Below, piece by piece: positions 63,562 to 64,000 of a stretch of DNA of 64,000 bases; within the stretch, counting starts at the first letter, position 1; each line of letters opens with the position of its first letter. This DNA is from an uncultured Emergencia sp. GTDB lineage: Bacteria; Bacillota; Clostridia; Peptostreptococcales; Anaerovoracaceae. The stretch spans positions 2,413-66,412 of the forward strand of contig CALLDR010000202.1 in NCBI GenBank assembly GCA_937997955.1, in the 5' to 3' direction. Position numbers and translations under genes: made by a program. The notes under the pieces are model-generated. The model made no database searches and was not told where the DNA came from. It saw nothing but the letters and a program-made list of their open reading frames with translations.

Positions 63562-63577
63562 TGCAAATCTCGTGCCA
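63562..63577 (-). promoter_or_regulatory. Sigma-54 (-24/-12) promoter P3, exact consensus
   Basis: The minus strand reads TGGCAC-gagat-TTGCA. The -12 GC is about 42 nt upstream of the dipeptidase ATG, which has the RBS GAGAGGAG. Confidence 0.72.
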
Positions 63578-63613
63578 TTTTGAACTCCCCTCTGCCCCCG
63601 CCCCTGCTCCCGC

Positions 63614-63665
63614 GCCGCGCCAGGATCGCGTCAGAGCCGCCCCAGGATCCCCCGCGCCCCAGGCT
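63614..63665. repeat. GC-rich direct repeats upstream of P3
   Basis: GCCGCGCCAGGATC (63614), GCCGCCCCAGGATC (63636) and CGCGCCCCAGGCT (63653), lying 40-90 nt upstream of the -24 element. Confidence 0.75.
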
Positions 63666-63804
63666 GCGGTTCCCCGGCATACCCTTTGTTTTCATGCGCA
63701 AGCTTTGTTCACTTATTTATACCCCCTTGTTCTTTTCGCTTAACTCGTGGTATACTATATAAATCAACGGTTAATCAAAATTCATCAATGATCAGGAGGA
63801 ATCA

Positions 63805-64000
63805 ATGGAATACACGACTTTTAAAGAGATGAAAATTTCACGCCTGGGCTTCGGCACCATGCGTCTGCCGATGGATCAGGACGGAAAGATCGACTACGCC
63901 GCCGGCCAGGAGATGATGGACTACGCTCTGGCCAACGGCATCAACTACATAGACACCGCCTACAAGTACCACGACGGCGAATCCGAGAATTTTGTGGGCG
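63805..64000 (+). CDS. Aldo/keto reductase (5' partial, runs off the window)
   Basis: RBS AGGAGGA. MEYTTFKEMKISRLGFGTMRLP...GINYIDTAYKYHDGESE is typical of AKR proteins. Confidence 0.85.
   Translation, partial: MEYTTFKEMKISRLGFGTMRLPMDQDGKIDYAAGQEMMDYALANGINYIDTAYKYHDGESENFVG

Overview
Hand analysis with no tools. Small-motif coordinates were hand-counted and may be off by 1-2 nt.

The window looks like chromosome from a roughly 50% GC, spore-forming, strictly anaerobic Firmicute (class Clostridia; inferred from spoIIE, spmAB, two [FeFe]-hydrogenase operons, indolepyruvate:ferredoxin oxidoreductase and rubredoxin). Almost all genes are on the minus strand.

Gene content, left to right:
- A sortase-type surface protein, then a housekeeping block: dus, coaX, a PucR-type regulator, ftsH, tilS, an NYN protein and an aldehyde dehydrogenase.
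- A 7-gene operon: an S12 serine hydrolase, an M55 D-aminopeptidase and an Opp/Dpp-type ABC importer. It is driven by a sigma-54 promoter, with a divergent sigma-54 activator next to it.
- An Rpn-nuclease remnant, spoIIE, an aminotransferase, a DUF2798-like gene behind an attenuator-like leader, iorAB, a GntR regulator and a YkvI-like permease.
- A decayed IS200 copy.
- hydABC operon 1, a TetR regulator with a heterodimeric ABC exporter, and a BspA-like LRR surface protein.
- hydABC operon 2, an ECF sigma/anti-sigma pair, an enoate-reductase/transporter/ArsR-like module, glutaminase, a B3/4-domain protein and an untracked rubredoxin.
- spmA-spmB-ldcA, two small membrane proteins, an M19 dipeptidase and a partial aldo/keto reductase.

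No rRNA, tRNA or CRISPR was seen.

Most notable observations:
1. Three correctly placed sigma-54 (-24/-12) promoters, two of them exact consensus. All three precede peptidases that act on D-amino-acid-containing peptides, which suggests a sigma-54 regulon for peptidoglycan-type peptide salvage.
2. A perfect 15-bp inverted repeat brackets a promoter-bearing 124-bp segment upstream of the LRR surface protein. This is a candidate invertible phase-variation switch.
3. One of the two HydA paralogues carries TSCSPGW instead of the H-cluster motif TSCCPxW.
4. Stuttered imperfect tandem repeats and GC-rich islands occur in many intergenic spacers.
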